The translations under genes were made by a program, and so were the position numbers. Below the pieces are notes generated by a model that worked only from the letters and a program-made list of their open reading frames with translations, was not told where the DNA came from and searched no databases. From Candidatus Iainarchaeum sp. (lineage in GTDB: Archaea; Iainarchaeota; Iainarchaeia; Iainarchaeales; JACQJH01), in the NCBI GenBank assembly GCA_016205145.1, contig JACQJH010000001.1, positions 510,001 to 542,000 on the forward strand: DNA of 32,000 bases, in the 5' to 3' direction. Shown here one piece after another: positions 15,570 to 23,385 of this stretch (its first letter is position 1; the number at the start of each line of letters is the position of its first letter).

Positions 15570-17462
15570 TCATTTTTTGCGTTTTGGCTTTGCTTTCGCT
15601 TTTTTCTGCGCCGCTTTCGGCTTTGCGTTTTTTGCGTCAGGAAAGTTTTTCGCGGTTTTTGCTTTTTGCGATGCGATTTTTTTGATGTCTTCCGCCAAAT
15701 CGTCGGGGTCGAACGGCCTGCCATCATACCTGTTGACATGGTTTTCGAGCGGTATGCCGGTTTTTTCCCTGATGAGCTTTGCCATCTGCGACATCTTGTT
15801 GGTTTCGACGTTGACAATGAGCCCTGCCTTGTTCAGGAATTCCCCGACTTCCCTGTCCGGGAAGGGGTTTGCGTAGATTATCTGCAAAAACGCGATTTTG
15901 TGCTCTGCTTTCAGCATTTCCATCGCGTCCAAAATTATGCCTTTTGTCGAGCCCCATGAAACAATGCTGATTTCGGCGTCCCCGGCATTTCCTTCAAAGT
16001 TGGTGAAAACGTTCACTGCTTTCGTGTTTATGCCGATCGCCTTGATTGCGTCAATGCCGCCTTCAAGCTTCCTGAATCTCCTGTCAACTTGTTTTATGCG
16101 CTCGTCCGCGGGTTCGTGGCTTGTGATGTCGCCGAACTCGTCGTGCTCATCAGTTGTAGCGCGGTGGATGCCGAACTTCTGGCCCGGAATAGCGCGCGGC
16201 GAAATCCCGTCCTTTGTCCCGAACAGGCTTCTCTTGAAGCGGCTGTTTTCAAAGTATTTCTGCGCTTCCTCGTCGCTTACCATCCAGCCGCGGTTTATTT
16301 TGAGGTGGTCGAACCTGAATGGCGGAACGGTTTCAAGCGAGTCAGCCAAAAATTTGTCCGTCACAATCAAAACCGGCAGCTGGAAGTGTTCGGCGATGTT
16401 GAAAGAGTCAAAGCCTGCGTAAAAGCATTCGGTCGGGTCGCCGGGGCAGATGACAACCTTGTCGAATTCGCCGTGCCCCGCATTGAGGATCATCTGCAAA
16501 TCGCCCTGGTCCGTGCGGGTAGGCATGCCTGTGCTTGGCCCCGGCCTCATGGCTTCGACTGCGACAATCGGGGTTTCAAGCATGCCTGCCATGCTCAATC
16601 CTTCAACCATCAAATCGAAGCCTCCGCCGCTTGTGCCGGTCATGCTTCTCGCGCCTGCAAAGCTTGCCCCGACCACCATGTTCATTGCGGCAATCTCGTC
16701 TTCGGTCTGCTTGACCATGATGTTGTATTCCTTGTCGTGCGCTGCCACAAAATTTAGTATGCTGCTTGCCGGGGTCATTGGATATGCGGCGTAAAATTTG
16801 AGTCCGGCCTTGATCGCGCCGATTGAAATCGCGTCGTTGCCGTTGACCAGGATGTTGTCCTTCTTTCCCCTTTTTTCAAGCCTGTAAGCGAACGGCTCCT
16901 TGAATTCCCTGAAATTGTTTTTGATGAAATCGAATCCTGCGTGCGCGGCCTTGATGTTCAATTCGATTATCTTTTCGTCCTTGCCCGAAAATTGTTCCCT
17001 GAGCGCTTCTTCCAGGAAAGACATGTCGAAGCTGAGGATTGCGAAGCTTGCGCCGAGGCTTACCGTGTTGCGCACGATTTCGGGCGCGCCAAGCTGCCTT
17101 GTGATGTCAACCAATGGCACCGGATAAACGCGCACGTCTTTGCGTATGTGGCCGGTGTCCGGAACCTTGTTTGAATCGAATAAAATGCAGCCGTCCTTTG
17201 AAACCAGCGTCTGGTGCAATTTTATGGTTTCGTCGTTCAACGCCACCAGCACGCTGATGGGTTTCCTGTGCGCGGTTATCGGCTTTTCGTTTATGCGCAC
17301 GTGCAAAAAGTTGTGCCCGCCCCTGATAAGCGAAGGGTATTCGCTGTTCGCGTAAGCGTACAATCCCGCCCTTTGCGCGCATTTTGCGAGCATGCTGCCT
17401 GCTGAGAGTATTCCGAATCCCGCTTCTCCCCCGACGCGCCAGGTGAGGTCGTTGACTTTCAT
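15570..17462 (-). CDS. 2-oxoacid:ferredoxin oxidoreductase alpha subunit with a fused N-terminal gamma-like domain and a Lys/Ala-rich C-terminal tail
   Basis: The ATG at 17462 gives MKVNDLTWRVGGEAGFGILSAG (gamma-type start). The alpha-domain blocks follow (AAYPMTPAS). The last ~35 aa read ASQKAKTAKNFPDAKNAKPKAAQKKAKAKPKRKK. Confidence 0.9.
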   Translation of the reverse strand: MKVNDLTWRVGGEAGFGILSAGSMLAKCAQRAGLYAYANSEYPSLIRGGHNFLHVRINEKPITAHRKPISVLVALNDETIKLHQTLVSKDGCILFDSNKVPDTGHIRKDVRVYPVPLVDITRQLGAPEIVRNTVSLGASFAILSFDMSFLEEALREQFSGKDEKIIELNIKAAHAGFDFIKNNFREFKEPFAYRLEKRGKKDNILVNGNDAISIGAIKAGLKFYAAYPMTPASSILNFVAAHDKEYNIMVKQTEDEIAAMNMVVGASFAGARSMTGTSGGGFDLMVEGLSMAGMLETPIVAVEAMRPGPSTGMPTRTDQGDLQMILNAGHGEFDKVVICPGDPTECFYAGFDSFNIAEHFQLPVLIVTDKFLADSLETVPPFRFDHLKINRGWMVSDEEAQKYFENSRFKRSLFGTKDGISPRAIPGQKFGIHRATTDEHDEFGDITSHEPADERIKQVDRRFRKLEGGIDAIKAIGINTKAVNVFTNFEGNAGDAEISIVSWGSTKGIILDAMEMLKAEHKIAFLQIIYANPFPDREVGEFLNKAGLIVNVETNKMSQMAKLIREKTGIPLENHVNRYDGRPFDPDDLAEDIKKIASQKAKTAKNFPDAKNAKPKAAQKKAKAKPKRKK

Positions 17463-17610
17463 TTTTTGCAACCTTTTTTTGCTTGAATGCCTGCAATGCA
17501 CTGCATGAAACAGTGTGGAAGGCAATCAAAAATATTAGTCATTAGCCTATAAAAACCTTTTCAATTTTTTCGTTGTTCGGCAACCCAGTTTAAGGCAATC
17601 GCCGATTTAC

Positions 17611-17671
17611 GCGCTTTCGATCGCGTGTGCCGAAACTAAGGCGCATTGCTGTTGCAACGCGCCGAGTATGC
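17611..17671. repeat. Solo copy of the ~60-nt hairpin-bearing repeat also found three times downstream of tRNA-Arg
   Basis: The sequence is gcgctttcg-atcgcgt-gtgccgaaac-ta-[ggcgcattgc tgtt gcaacgcgcc]-gagtatgc. It shares an exact 12-mer cgccgagtatgc with 23200-23211. It lies in the 200-nt gap between the OFOR and epimerase genes. Confidence 0.55.
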
Positions 17672-17731
17672 TGTTGAGCATAAGTGCTGTTGCATCAGAA
17701 ACAGTGTGTAAGGGGTTTGCAGGGAGTCTGT

Positions 17732-18676
17732 TCAGGCTTCAGATTTTATCCATTCAGCCGTTTTTTTGAGCCCTTCGGAAAAGCCTTCCTTTGCTTCGAA
17801 GCCCAGCAGTTTTTTCGCTTTCGCCGGCGAGCCCCGTGTCTTTGGGACGTCGCCTTCGCGTTTCGGGCCGAAAACCGGCTTTAAGCTCGTGCCAAGAATT
17901 CCGTTCAGTGTTTTCACGATGTCAAGCAGGCTTGTGCTTTTTCCCGCGCAGACATTGAAGGTTTCACCGCAAGCCTTTTTGCCGGCAGTCATTGCTTTCA
18001 GGTTTGCCTCCACAACATTTGAAACATAGGTGAAGTCCCTCGCCTGCTTTCCATTGCCGTGCACTAGTGGCTGCTCTCCCGCAAGCATTTTTTTGGCAAA
18101 AATGGGTATGACGCCCGAATACTGCGATTTGGTGTCCTGCCTCGGCCCGAAGACATTGAAATAGCGCAGGCTAACCGTTTCGATTCCGAAAACGTCGTTG
18201 TAGAGCTTCAGGTATTTTTCGCCGCACAGCTTTGTCAGGGCGTAAGGCGAAACCGGCCAAGCCGCATCGGATTCCTTTTGCGGAAAGCTTTTTGCATTGC
18301 CGTAAACCGAGGAGGATGACGCGAAAACAATTCTTGAAACGCCTGTTTTCCTGCACGCTTCAAGCAGGTTCACTGTTCCGAAGTCGTTGACTTCCGCGAA
18401 TTCCGCCGGGTTTTTCATGGACAACGGCACGGACCGCAAGGCGGCTTCGTGCAGCACAAAATCCGCGCCTTTGCATGCGTCCAGCAGTTCTGGCATGCTG
18501 CGCAAATCGCCTCTTATGAACTCGGCGCCTTCAACGCCGTCAAGGTTTTCCATTTTGCCGTAGCTGAGATTGTCAAACGCCCTCACGGAAAAGCCTTTTT
18601 TGGCGAGCGCTTCGCACAAATGCGAGCCGATGAAGCCGCATCCCCCGGTCACAAGAACGGTTTCCTTCATCCGCAA
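17732..18676 (-). CDS. NAD-dependent epimerase/dehydratase (extended SDR; UDP-sugar 4-epimerase-like)
   Basis: 314 aa. It has a Rossmann VLVTGGCGFIGSHL, the catalytic SPYALTKLCGE (YxxxK) and FNVFGPRQD. Confidence 0.88.
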   Translation of the reverse strand: MRMKETVLVTGGCGFIGSHLCEALAKKGFSVRAFDNLSYGKMENLDGVEGAEFIRGDLRSMPELLDACKGADFVLHEAALRSVPLSMKNPAEFAEVNDFGTVNLLEACRKTGVSRIVFASSSSVYGNAKSFPQKESDAAWPVSPYALTKLCGEKYLKLYNDVFGIETVSLRYFNVFGPRQDTKSQYSGVIPIFAKKMLAGEQPLVHGNGKQARDFTYVSNVVEANLKAMTAGKKACGETFNVCAGKSTSLLDIVKTLNGILGTSLKPVFGPKREGDVPKTRGSPAKAKKLLGFEAKEGFSEGLKKTAEWIKSEA

Positions 18677-18727
18677 ATAATAAGTGCAAAACCTTTAAAT
18701 CTGCATTTGCGTTAAAATTTACCATAG

Positions 18728-19426
18728 ATGCCAAAGACAATAAGCCTGCTTATTCCGGCCTACAACGAGGAAAACCGGATAGAGCCTTTTTTGCGCGAAG
18801 TCCTCGGGTATGCGAAATCCCATCCGGATGTCTTGGAGGTAATTGTAGTCAACGACGGGAGTTCGGACAAAACCCGGAAAATACTTGAAAAATACTCCAA
18901 AAAAATCAGAATACTGCTGCACGCGCACAACAAGGGCAAGGGCGCAGCCATTAAAACAGGCTGCCTTGCAGCCAAAGGCGGCAAAATAATTTTCCTTGAC
19001 GCGGACGGCAGCATTCCGGCCAAGGAAATCCCCAAAATGGCGGGCGCGCTGGACAAATTTGAAATAGCCGTCGGTTCGCGCAAGGCCAAAGGCGCGAAAA
19101 TAACCGTGAAACAGCCGTTGCGCAGGGTAATCGCAGGCAAGGCCTTCAATTTCATTGTCAACATTTTGTTTCCGATAAACAATTTTGACACGCTCTGCGG
19201 CTTCAAGGGCATGAGAAAGCGCATCGGAAAGGAGATTGCCTCGGAACTCATTTCAACGGACTGGGTTTTCGACGTCGAAATCCTTGCGAGAGCGCAGAAA
19301 AAGGGAATTAAGGTCGGAGTGATTCCGCTTGAATGGAAGCACATGGACGATTCGAAAATGCGCCTTGGAGGCACGTCGCTGAAAATGTTCCTCAACCTGC
19401 TGAAACTCAGGAAAGCCCTGCGGTGA
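18728..19426 (+). CDS. Family 2 glycosyltransferase (dolichyl-phosphate hexose synthase-like)
   Basis: 232 aa. It has LLIPAYNEENRI, VIVVNDGSSDKT and FLDADGS (DxD). Confidence 0.85.
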   Translation: MPKTISLLIPAYNEENRIEPFLREVLGYAKSHPDVLEVIVVNDGSSDKTRKILEKYSKKIRILLHAHNKGKGAAIKTGCLAAKGGKIIFLDADGSIPAKEIPKMAGALDKFEIAVGSRKAKGAKITVKQPLRRVIAGKAFNFIVNILFPINNFDTLCGFKGMRKRIGKEIASELISTDWVFDVEILARAQKKGIKVGVIPLEWKHMDDSKMRLGGTSLKMFLNLLKLRKALR

Positions 19427-19432
19427 AAAATC

Positions 19433-21082
19433 TTGGACAAAATTTTCGGCTTCGGCAAAAAAACCTGCGCAATTCTTGCGCTGATTTCGCTTGCCGGCCT
19501 TGCAATGCGTTTCCTTCTCATAAATTCCACGGACATCACGCATGACGAGGCGTTCTACGTCATTCTCGCTTACAAGCTGTTCGCGGTTCTGTGGTCGAAC
19601 GCGGTTGTCCTCATCGCTTCGGCCGCACTGCTCGCCATTTTCCTCTATCTTTTCTTTGTCCGCAAGTCCTGGAAGCTTCTTGCGGCGGTTTTTGCGGTTG
19701 TCCTGTTTGTCAAATACTTTTTCAAAGTCCCGTACATCACGCACGCGCCGTCCGAATTTTTCTCCGTCGCGGTTTCAGTCGTGATTTTCCTGTCGCGCCT
19801 GCCGCCGAACGTTGCAGGCGAATTGCTCTCCTCGCTTGCGTCCATTGCCATCGCGTTCTCGGCTTTCCTGTTCGCAAGGCGCTGGTGGGGCGAGCAAACC
19901 GGTATTTTTGCCTTCGCCTTGCTCTCGCTTTCCCCTTACGCGGTTTTTTTCTCCACTGCGTCTTTCCTTGACGTTCTCGGCATGGCGTTCCTTTATTCCT
20001 CGGTTTTCCTTTTTTTCAAATCATTCGGAGACGCCAGGTTTTTTCCGGTTTCTGGCCTGCTCTTTTCGCTTGCAATCGCGACGCGCTTCACCGCCGTTCT
20101 GGCATTGCCGCTTTTCGCGCTGTTTTTTTTGGCGAAAAAAAATTCCCTGCAGAAGACTTTCCTGAACGGCGGCCGGAAGGAAGCCGCCTTGTTTGCAATC
20201 ATCGTGGTTTTCACAGTGCTTTTTTACGCCGGGCTGATGAAGGAACAGTGGGAAATTTCGGCGGGCAAGACAACGATTGAGAGGAATCCGCGCGTCGACA
20301 TCACTGAAGCGCATTATTCGCCTTTCGTTGCAGGCGCATTTCCGGAAAAAAGGGACGCGCTTGACCCCGGATTCATGCTGAAATTAATGGCCTTGTTTTA
20401 TTCGCCGATAATCCTTTTTTTCGGCGCGCTCGCCTGTCCGCGTTTCCTCGCAGTCTCACTGTCAAGGCGCGATTTTGAAAAGCTTTTCCTGCTCGCCCTG
20501 CTTTTCGGCTTTTTCGCCTATTTCTCGTTTTTATTGCACGACCAGCGCATCAATTACCTCACGGAAATTGAAATGCCGCTCCTGCTGTTTGTTGCCGGAA
20601 CGGTTTTCTGGCTTGGAAAAAGGTTTTTGCGCGCGGATTTCGCGTTCAAGGCGCTTGCCCTTGCCGCAATAGCGTTTTTTTTGGTGCAGTCTTTCGCAAT
20701 CATATCCGCGCCGCGCTTTTCGGGCCTCTCGCAATTCATGCAATCCGTTCCGGATGATGCGGTTGTCTTTGCATCGGGACCGCAGAACCTTGTCCTGCAC
20801 TATTACGCGAAAGCCTACGTTTATGACACGCAGATAACCAAGCCGTTCCTTGCGAAAATTCTCGGCCTGGACCTTGAACAGCTTGAGGAGTTCAGGAAAA
20901 AGGCGGACAGGATTTCCGGGAATGCGGGGGACCTAAGCGGAAAGAAGGCGGAGTTTGCGGTAATAAACAATTTCCTTGCAATGCCGGAAATCGACCTTTC
21001 CGCTTACAGGGAATGCAATGGAATCTGGTTTGAGGGCAAAAAAATGTTCAGGGTTTTCGCCCTCAACGAATGCCCGGCATGA
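19433..21082 (+). CDS. GT-C fold membrane glycosyltransferase (ArnT/PMT, GT39/83-like)
   Basis: 549 aa with more than 10 TM segments. An acidic first-loop motif ITHDEAFY follows TM1. It lies 7 nt downstream of a GT2 gene, the typical lipid-sugar donor/transferase pairing. Confidence 0.75.
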   Translation: MDKIFGFGKKTCAILALISLAGLAMRFLLINSTDITHDEAFYVILAYKLFAVLWSNAVVLIASAALLAIFLYLFFVRKSWKLLAAVFAVVLFVKYFFKVPYITHAPSEFFSVAVSVVIFLSRLPPNVAGELLSSLASIAIAFSAFLFARRWWGEQTGIFAFALLSLSPYAVFFSTASFLDVLGMAFLYSSVFLFFKSFGDARFFPVSGLLFSLAIATRFTAVLALPLFALFFLAKKNSLQKTFLNGGRKEAALFAIIVVFTVLFYAGLMKEQWEISAGKTTIERNPRVDITEAHYSPFVAGAFPEKRDALDPGFMLKLMALFYSPIILFFGALACPRFLAVSLSRRDFEKLFLLALLFGFFAYFSFLLHDQRINYLTEIEMPLLLFVAGTVFWLGKRFLRADFAFKALALAAIAFFLVQSFAIISAPRFSGLSQFMQSVPDDAVVFASGPQNLVLHYYAKAYVYDTQITKPFLAKILGLDLEQLEEFRKKADRISGNAGDLSGKKAEFAVINNFLAMPEIDLSAYRECNGIWFEGKKMFRVFALNECPA

Positions 21083-21119
21083 CCAGTTTGCTTTTGATCC
21101 ATTCTGGCCTGATGGCTTT

Positions 21120-21809
21120 TCAGCCGAAAATTCTTTTTGAAACCAGGTCTAACGCAATCCTTATTCCGTCGGTTATGCCCGTGCCCTTTCCATGGTCGAG
21201 GTATTTTGACGAAACCGGGACTTCGACAAAGCGCAATTTGTGCCGCTGGATTTCGCCGAAAACCTCTGCAAGCAGGCCGTACCTGTCGATTGTAAGCTTC
21301 ATTGAATCGATTGCCCTGCGGTTGAATGCGCGGTAGCCTGACTGCGTGTCAGAACACCTGATGCCGTAAAGCAGAAGCACCAGCAAATTCAGGCCGGCAT
21401 TGCCCAGCTTTTTCACCACCGGCATGCGGAAATCCTTTTTCAGGAAACGCGAGCCGATTGCGATGTCGGCTTTTCCTTCAAGCACCGGCGCTGCGAGCCT
21501 CATAAGCTCTTCCGGAAAATGCTGTTCGTCCGCGTCAAGCGTGACAAAAACCCCGCTGCCAAGGGACTTTGCCTTTTCAATGCCCGTTATCGTGGCAGCG
21601 CCGACTCCCCTGTTGACCGGATGCCTCAAAGCGATGGTCCCGGCTTTTGACGCGGCTTCGAAGGTTCTGTCCGAGCTGCCGTCGTCGACCACTATGACAT
21701 TGAACCTTGCATCCGGATTTTTTTTGGCAACCGAAAAAACCCTTTCAAGCACTTTGCCGATGCGCTTTTCCTCGTTGAAAGCCGGCACAATGACGCTTAC
21801 GGAACCCAT
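21120..21809 (-). CDS. Family 2 glycosyltransferase (dolichol-phosphate mannose/glucose synthase-like)
   Basis: 229 aa. It has VIVPAFNEEKRI, VIVVDDGSSDRT and LDADEQ. Confidence 0.85.
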   Translation of the reverse strand: MGSVSVIVPAFNEEKRIGKVLERVFSVAKKNPDARFNVIVVDDGSSDRTFEAASKAGTIALRHPVNRGVGAATITGIEKAKSLGSGVFVTLDADEQHFPEELMRLAAPVLEGKADIAIGSRFLKKDFRMPVVKKLGNAGLNLLVLLLYGIRCSDTQSGYRAFNRRAIDSMKLTIDRYGLLAEVFGEIQRHKLRFVEVPVSSKYLDHGKGTGITDGIRIALDLVSKRIFG

Positions 21810-21932
21810 TTTGACAACTAGGATTTTTGGGAAAACGCCTTAATTAATGCTTTGTTTTCCGGCGCCACGGCATTGGCGCAAAAAAATTAAATACCTGTTC
21901 CGTCCAATCATTTGCATTGCCTTTTGCGGGGG

Positions 21933-22394
21933 ATGGCACTGCCTGGAAACGGTTTCACAAGCCAAATGCACGAGATTGTCCTCAAAGAGCTTGAAAGCCC
22001 GTGGGCAAGGGACTCTTATGGCATAAAAGCCGTGCTCGAGGAAGCCCCTGTGCAACTGGCAAAAAACGGCTCGCATTGCATGGGCAAATTCGACTTCTTG
22101 GCTGAAACAAAAAACGGTTTCATCGGCTTCGAAGTTCTCACAAGGCCGACAAAAGGCAAAATCCTGGAAAAGATGGCGTACGCCGACACCGTCGACAGGT
22201 TCGTCTTCGTTTTTCCTGAAGGCAGCCTCGGCCTTTACAGGAAACCGGCGCAAAAAATCTTTGTCAAGCAATCAAAGCTCAACCGCCTTGAAAAAAAATT
22301 CTCACGCGAAAACGTCTTCGTCTGGATGCTTGACGTCTACTCGAAAAAATTCACGCAGAAAGGCAGGATTTCGGAAGTCTTCAACGTGAAATAA
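21933..22394 (+). CDS. Hypothetical protein with a possible degenerate PD-(D/E)xK-like core
   Basis: The ORF is open from 21912 (TTG), and the first ATG is at 21933. GKFDFLAETKNGFIGFEVLTR has the same hhhD-x9-IGhEV layout as ORF 3378-4115, but the ExK lysine is replaced (E-V-L). The start is uncertain. Confidence 0.4.
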   Translation: MALPGNGFTSQMHEIVLKELESPWARDSYGIKAVLEEAPVQLAKNGSHCMGKFDFLAETKNGFIGFEVLTRPTKGKILEKMAYADTVDRFVFVFPEGSLGLYRKPAQKIFVKQSKLNRLEKKFSRENVFVWMLDVYSKKFTQKGRISEVFNVK

Positions 22395-22457
22395 CCGCTT
22401 CGGCAATCGCAGAAAAAACGCTTAGGCTTAAAACACTGCTTTCTGCCTTTCGATTCC

Positions 22458-22694
22458 ATGGAAATCAGGTTTGTGCGGCATGCGCTTGAACGGATACGGG
22501 TCTATGGGATTTCCGCCGGATTTGCCGAAAACTGTCTGAAAAAACCCGATAGAATTTTTGATGGAAAGAACGGCCGCAAAATCGCCCAGAAAAGGTTAAA
22601 TGGCTATGTAATGAGAATTATTTACGAAGAAAAAGAGCATTCGCTTACAGTAATAACCGTCTACAAAGCAAGGGCTGAAAGGTATGAAATATAA
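22458..22694 (+). CDS. DUF4258-family protein (toxin-like partner of DUF2283)
   Basis: 78 aa. MEIRFVRHALERIRVYGIS...IAQKRLNGYVMRIIYEEKEHSLTVITVY matches the characteristic DUF4258 pattern. It overlaps the next ORF by 11 nt. Confidence 0.7.
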   Translation: MEIRFVRHALERIRVYGISAGFAENCLKKPDRIFDGKNGRKIAQKRLNGYVMRIIYEEKEHSLTVITVYKARAERYEI

Positions 22695-22884
22695 GTACGA
22701 CAAGGAATCCGACATTCTGCTAGTTTCACTTGGCAATGAAAAGCCGGACTTTGCCGAACAGAAAGGCAACATCATAGCGCACTATTCCAAGGACAGAAGA
22801 CTCGTTGAAATTGAAATCCTTGACGCTGGCAGAACAACAGCCAAAATGCGCAACGCCGTCCTGGAACAAGCAGCGAATGCATGA
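22684..22884 (+). CDS. DUF2283-family protein (antitoxin-like partner)
   Basis: 66 aa. MKYKYDKESDILLVSLGNEK...RRLVEIEILDAG matches the characteristic Y-D-x-E-x-D-x-L ... G-h-E-I-L pattern. Confidence 0.7.
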   Translation: MKYKYDKESDILLVSLGNEKPDFAEQKGNIIAHYSKDRRLVEIEILDAGRTTAKMRNAVLEQAANA

Positions 22885-22957
22885 AACCCAATCAAGCCGG
22901 TTTGGCAAGACAACAACCTTTTAAACAATCCAAACCCAAATTACTATTTGAACATTT

Positions 22958-23030
22958 GGGCCTGTAGCCTAGCGGATAAGGCGCCTGCCTTCTAAGCAGG
23001 AGATCGGGGGTCCGAATCCTCCCAGGCCCG
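22958..23030 (+). tRNA. tRNA-Arg (anticodon TCT), no intron, CCA not encoded
   Basis: I folded it by hand. The acceptor stem is GGGCCTG/CAGGCCC. The D stem is GCCT/AGGC. The anticodon stem is CCTGC/GCAGG with loop CTTCTAA. The variable region is AGATC. The T stem is GGGGG/CCTCC with loop TCCGAAT. The discriminator is G. A TATA-like CCTTTTAAAC (22917-22926) lies 31 nt upstream. Confidence 0.9.
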
Positions 23031-23277
23031 CTTTCGCGCGGGCGTGACGAAACTGACGTGCCTTGCGCGGCAAGGCACCGCGTATGCCGATTAAAGCTTC
23101 AGGGGGTTGCAAGGGGCGAATGCCCCTGCGCGCAAATCCTCCAAGGCCCGAGCCGTCGCGTCCGGCTGGTGCGAACCAAGGCGTTCTGCTATCGCAGAAC
23201 GCCGAGTATGCAAAAATGCGCTTTCGTGCGGATGGTGCGAAACTGGGGCATCCGCGCTTCGCGTGACAGCCAGTATT
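23028..23277. repeat. Three tandem degenerate copies (about 23028-23087, 23155-23211, 23218-23277) of a ~60-nt unit: GCTTTCG - GTGnCGAAAC - 9-10 bp hairpin - GnGTATGC
   Basis: Hand alignment. The hairpins are gtgccttgc-gcg-gcaaggcac (23058-23078) and ggcgttctgc-tatc-gcagaacgcc (23180-23203), plus an imperfect one in copy 3. The stem sequences differ between copies but pairing is kept. Confidence 0.55.
23135..23150 (+). repeat. 16-nt direct copy of the tRNA-Arg 3' end (AATCCTCCaAGGCCCG versus AATCCTCCcAGGCCCG at 23015-23030)
   Basis: 15/16 identity read directly, lying exactly 120 nt downstream of the original. There is no matching 5' acceptor strand, so it is not a second tRNA. Confidence 0.6.
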
Positions 23278-23385
23278 CTTTTGCAATGCTTTCATGCGCA
23301 TGGCTGACTAATGCATTATTGTTAAACCGCAATACGCCGAGCAAACTAATTTTGTAAATAAACGGACCGTGCTCTGTCTCGCCGG

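Noticed and set aside
17463-17525. A 21-codon N-terminal extension of OFOR alpha from a TTG at 17525
   Set aside because: The extension (PSTLFHAVHCRHSSKKRLQK) is not OFOR-like, and the conserved gamma-type N-terminus begins at the ATG at 17462. However, the TATA-like box near 17548-17556 would place a TSS close to 17525, so a ~60-nt leader is implied.
23100-23150. A second or split tRNA, or a tRNA with a T-loop intron (agggggt...aaatcctccaaggcccg resembles a T-arm plus acceptor 3' strand)
   Set aside because: No complementary 5' acceptor strand (GGGCCTT), D-arm or anticodon arm exists upstream. I interpret it as a partial duplication of the tRNA-Arg 3' end.
23028-23277. A CRISPR array, suggested by the recurring ...CGAAAC words
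   Set aside because: The units are degenerate rather than near-identical. They directly abut or have irregular spacing, so there is no repeat-spacer periodicity. No cas genes are nearby.
23031-23385. A known structured RNA (SRP/7S RNA, RNase P RNA, C/D-box sRNA) downstream of tRNA-Arg
   Set aside because: I could not find the conserved SRP helix-8 type GGAA/AGCA motifs or the RNase P CR-I/CR-V-like blocks. The GTGACGA...CTGA pair is only 3 nt apart, far too close for a C/D guide. This rests on visual inspection only, and an Rfam scan would settle it.
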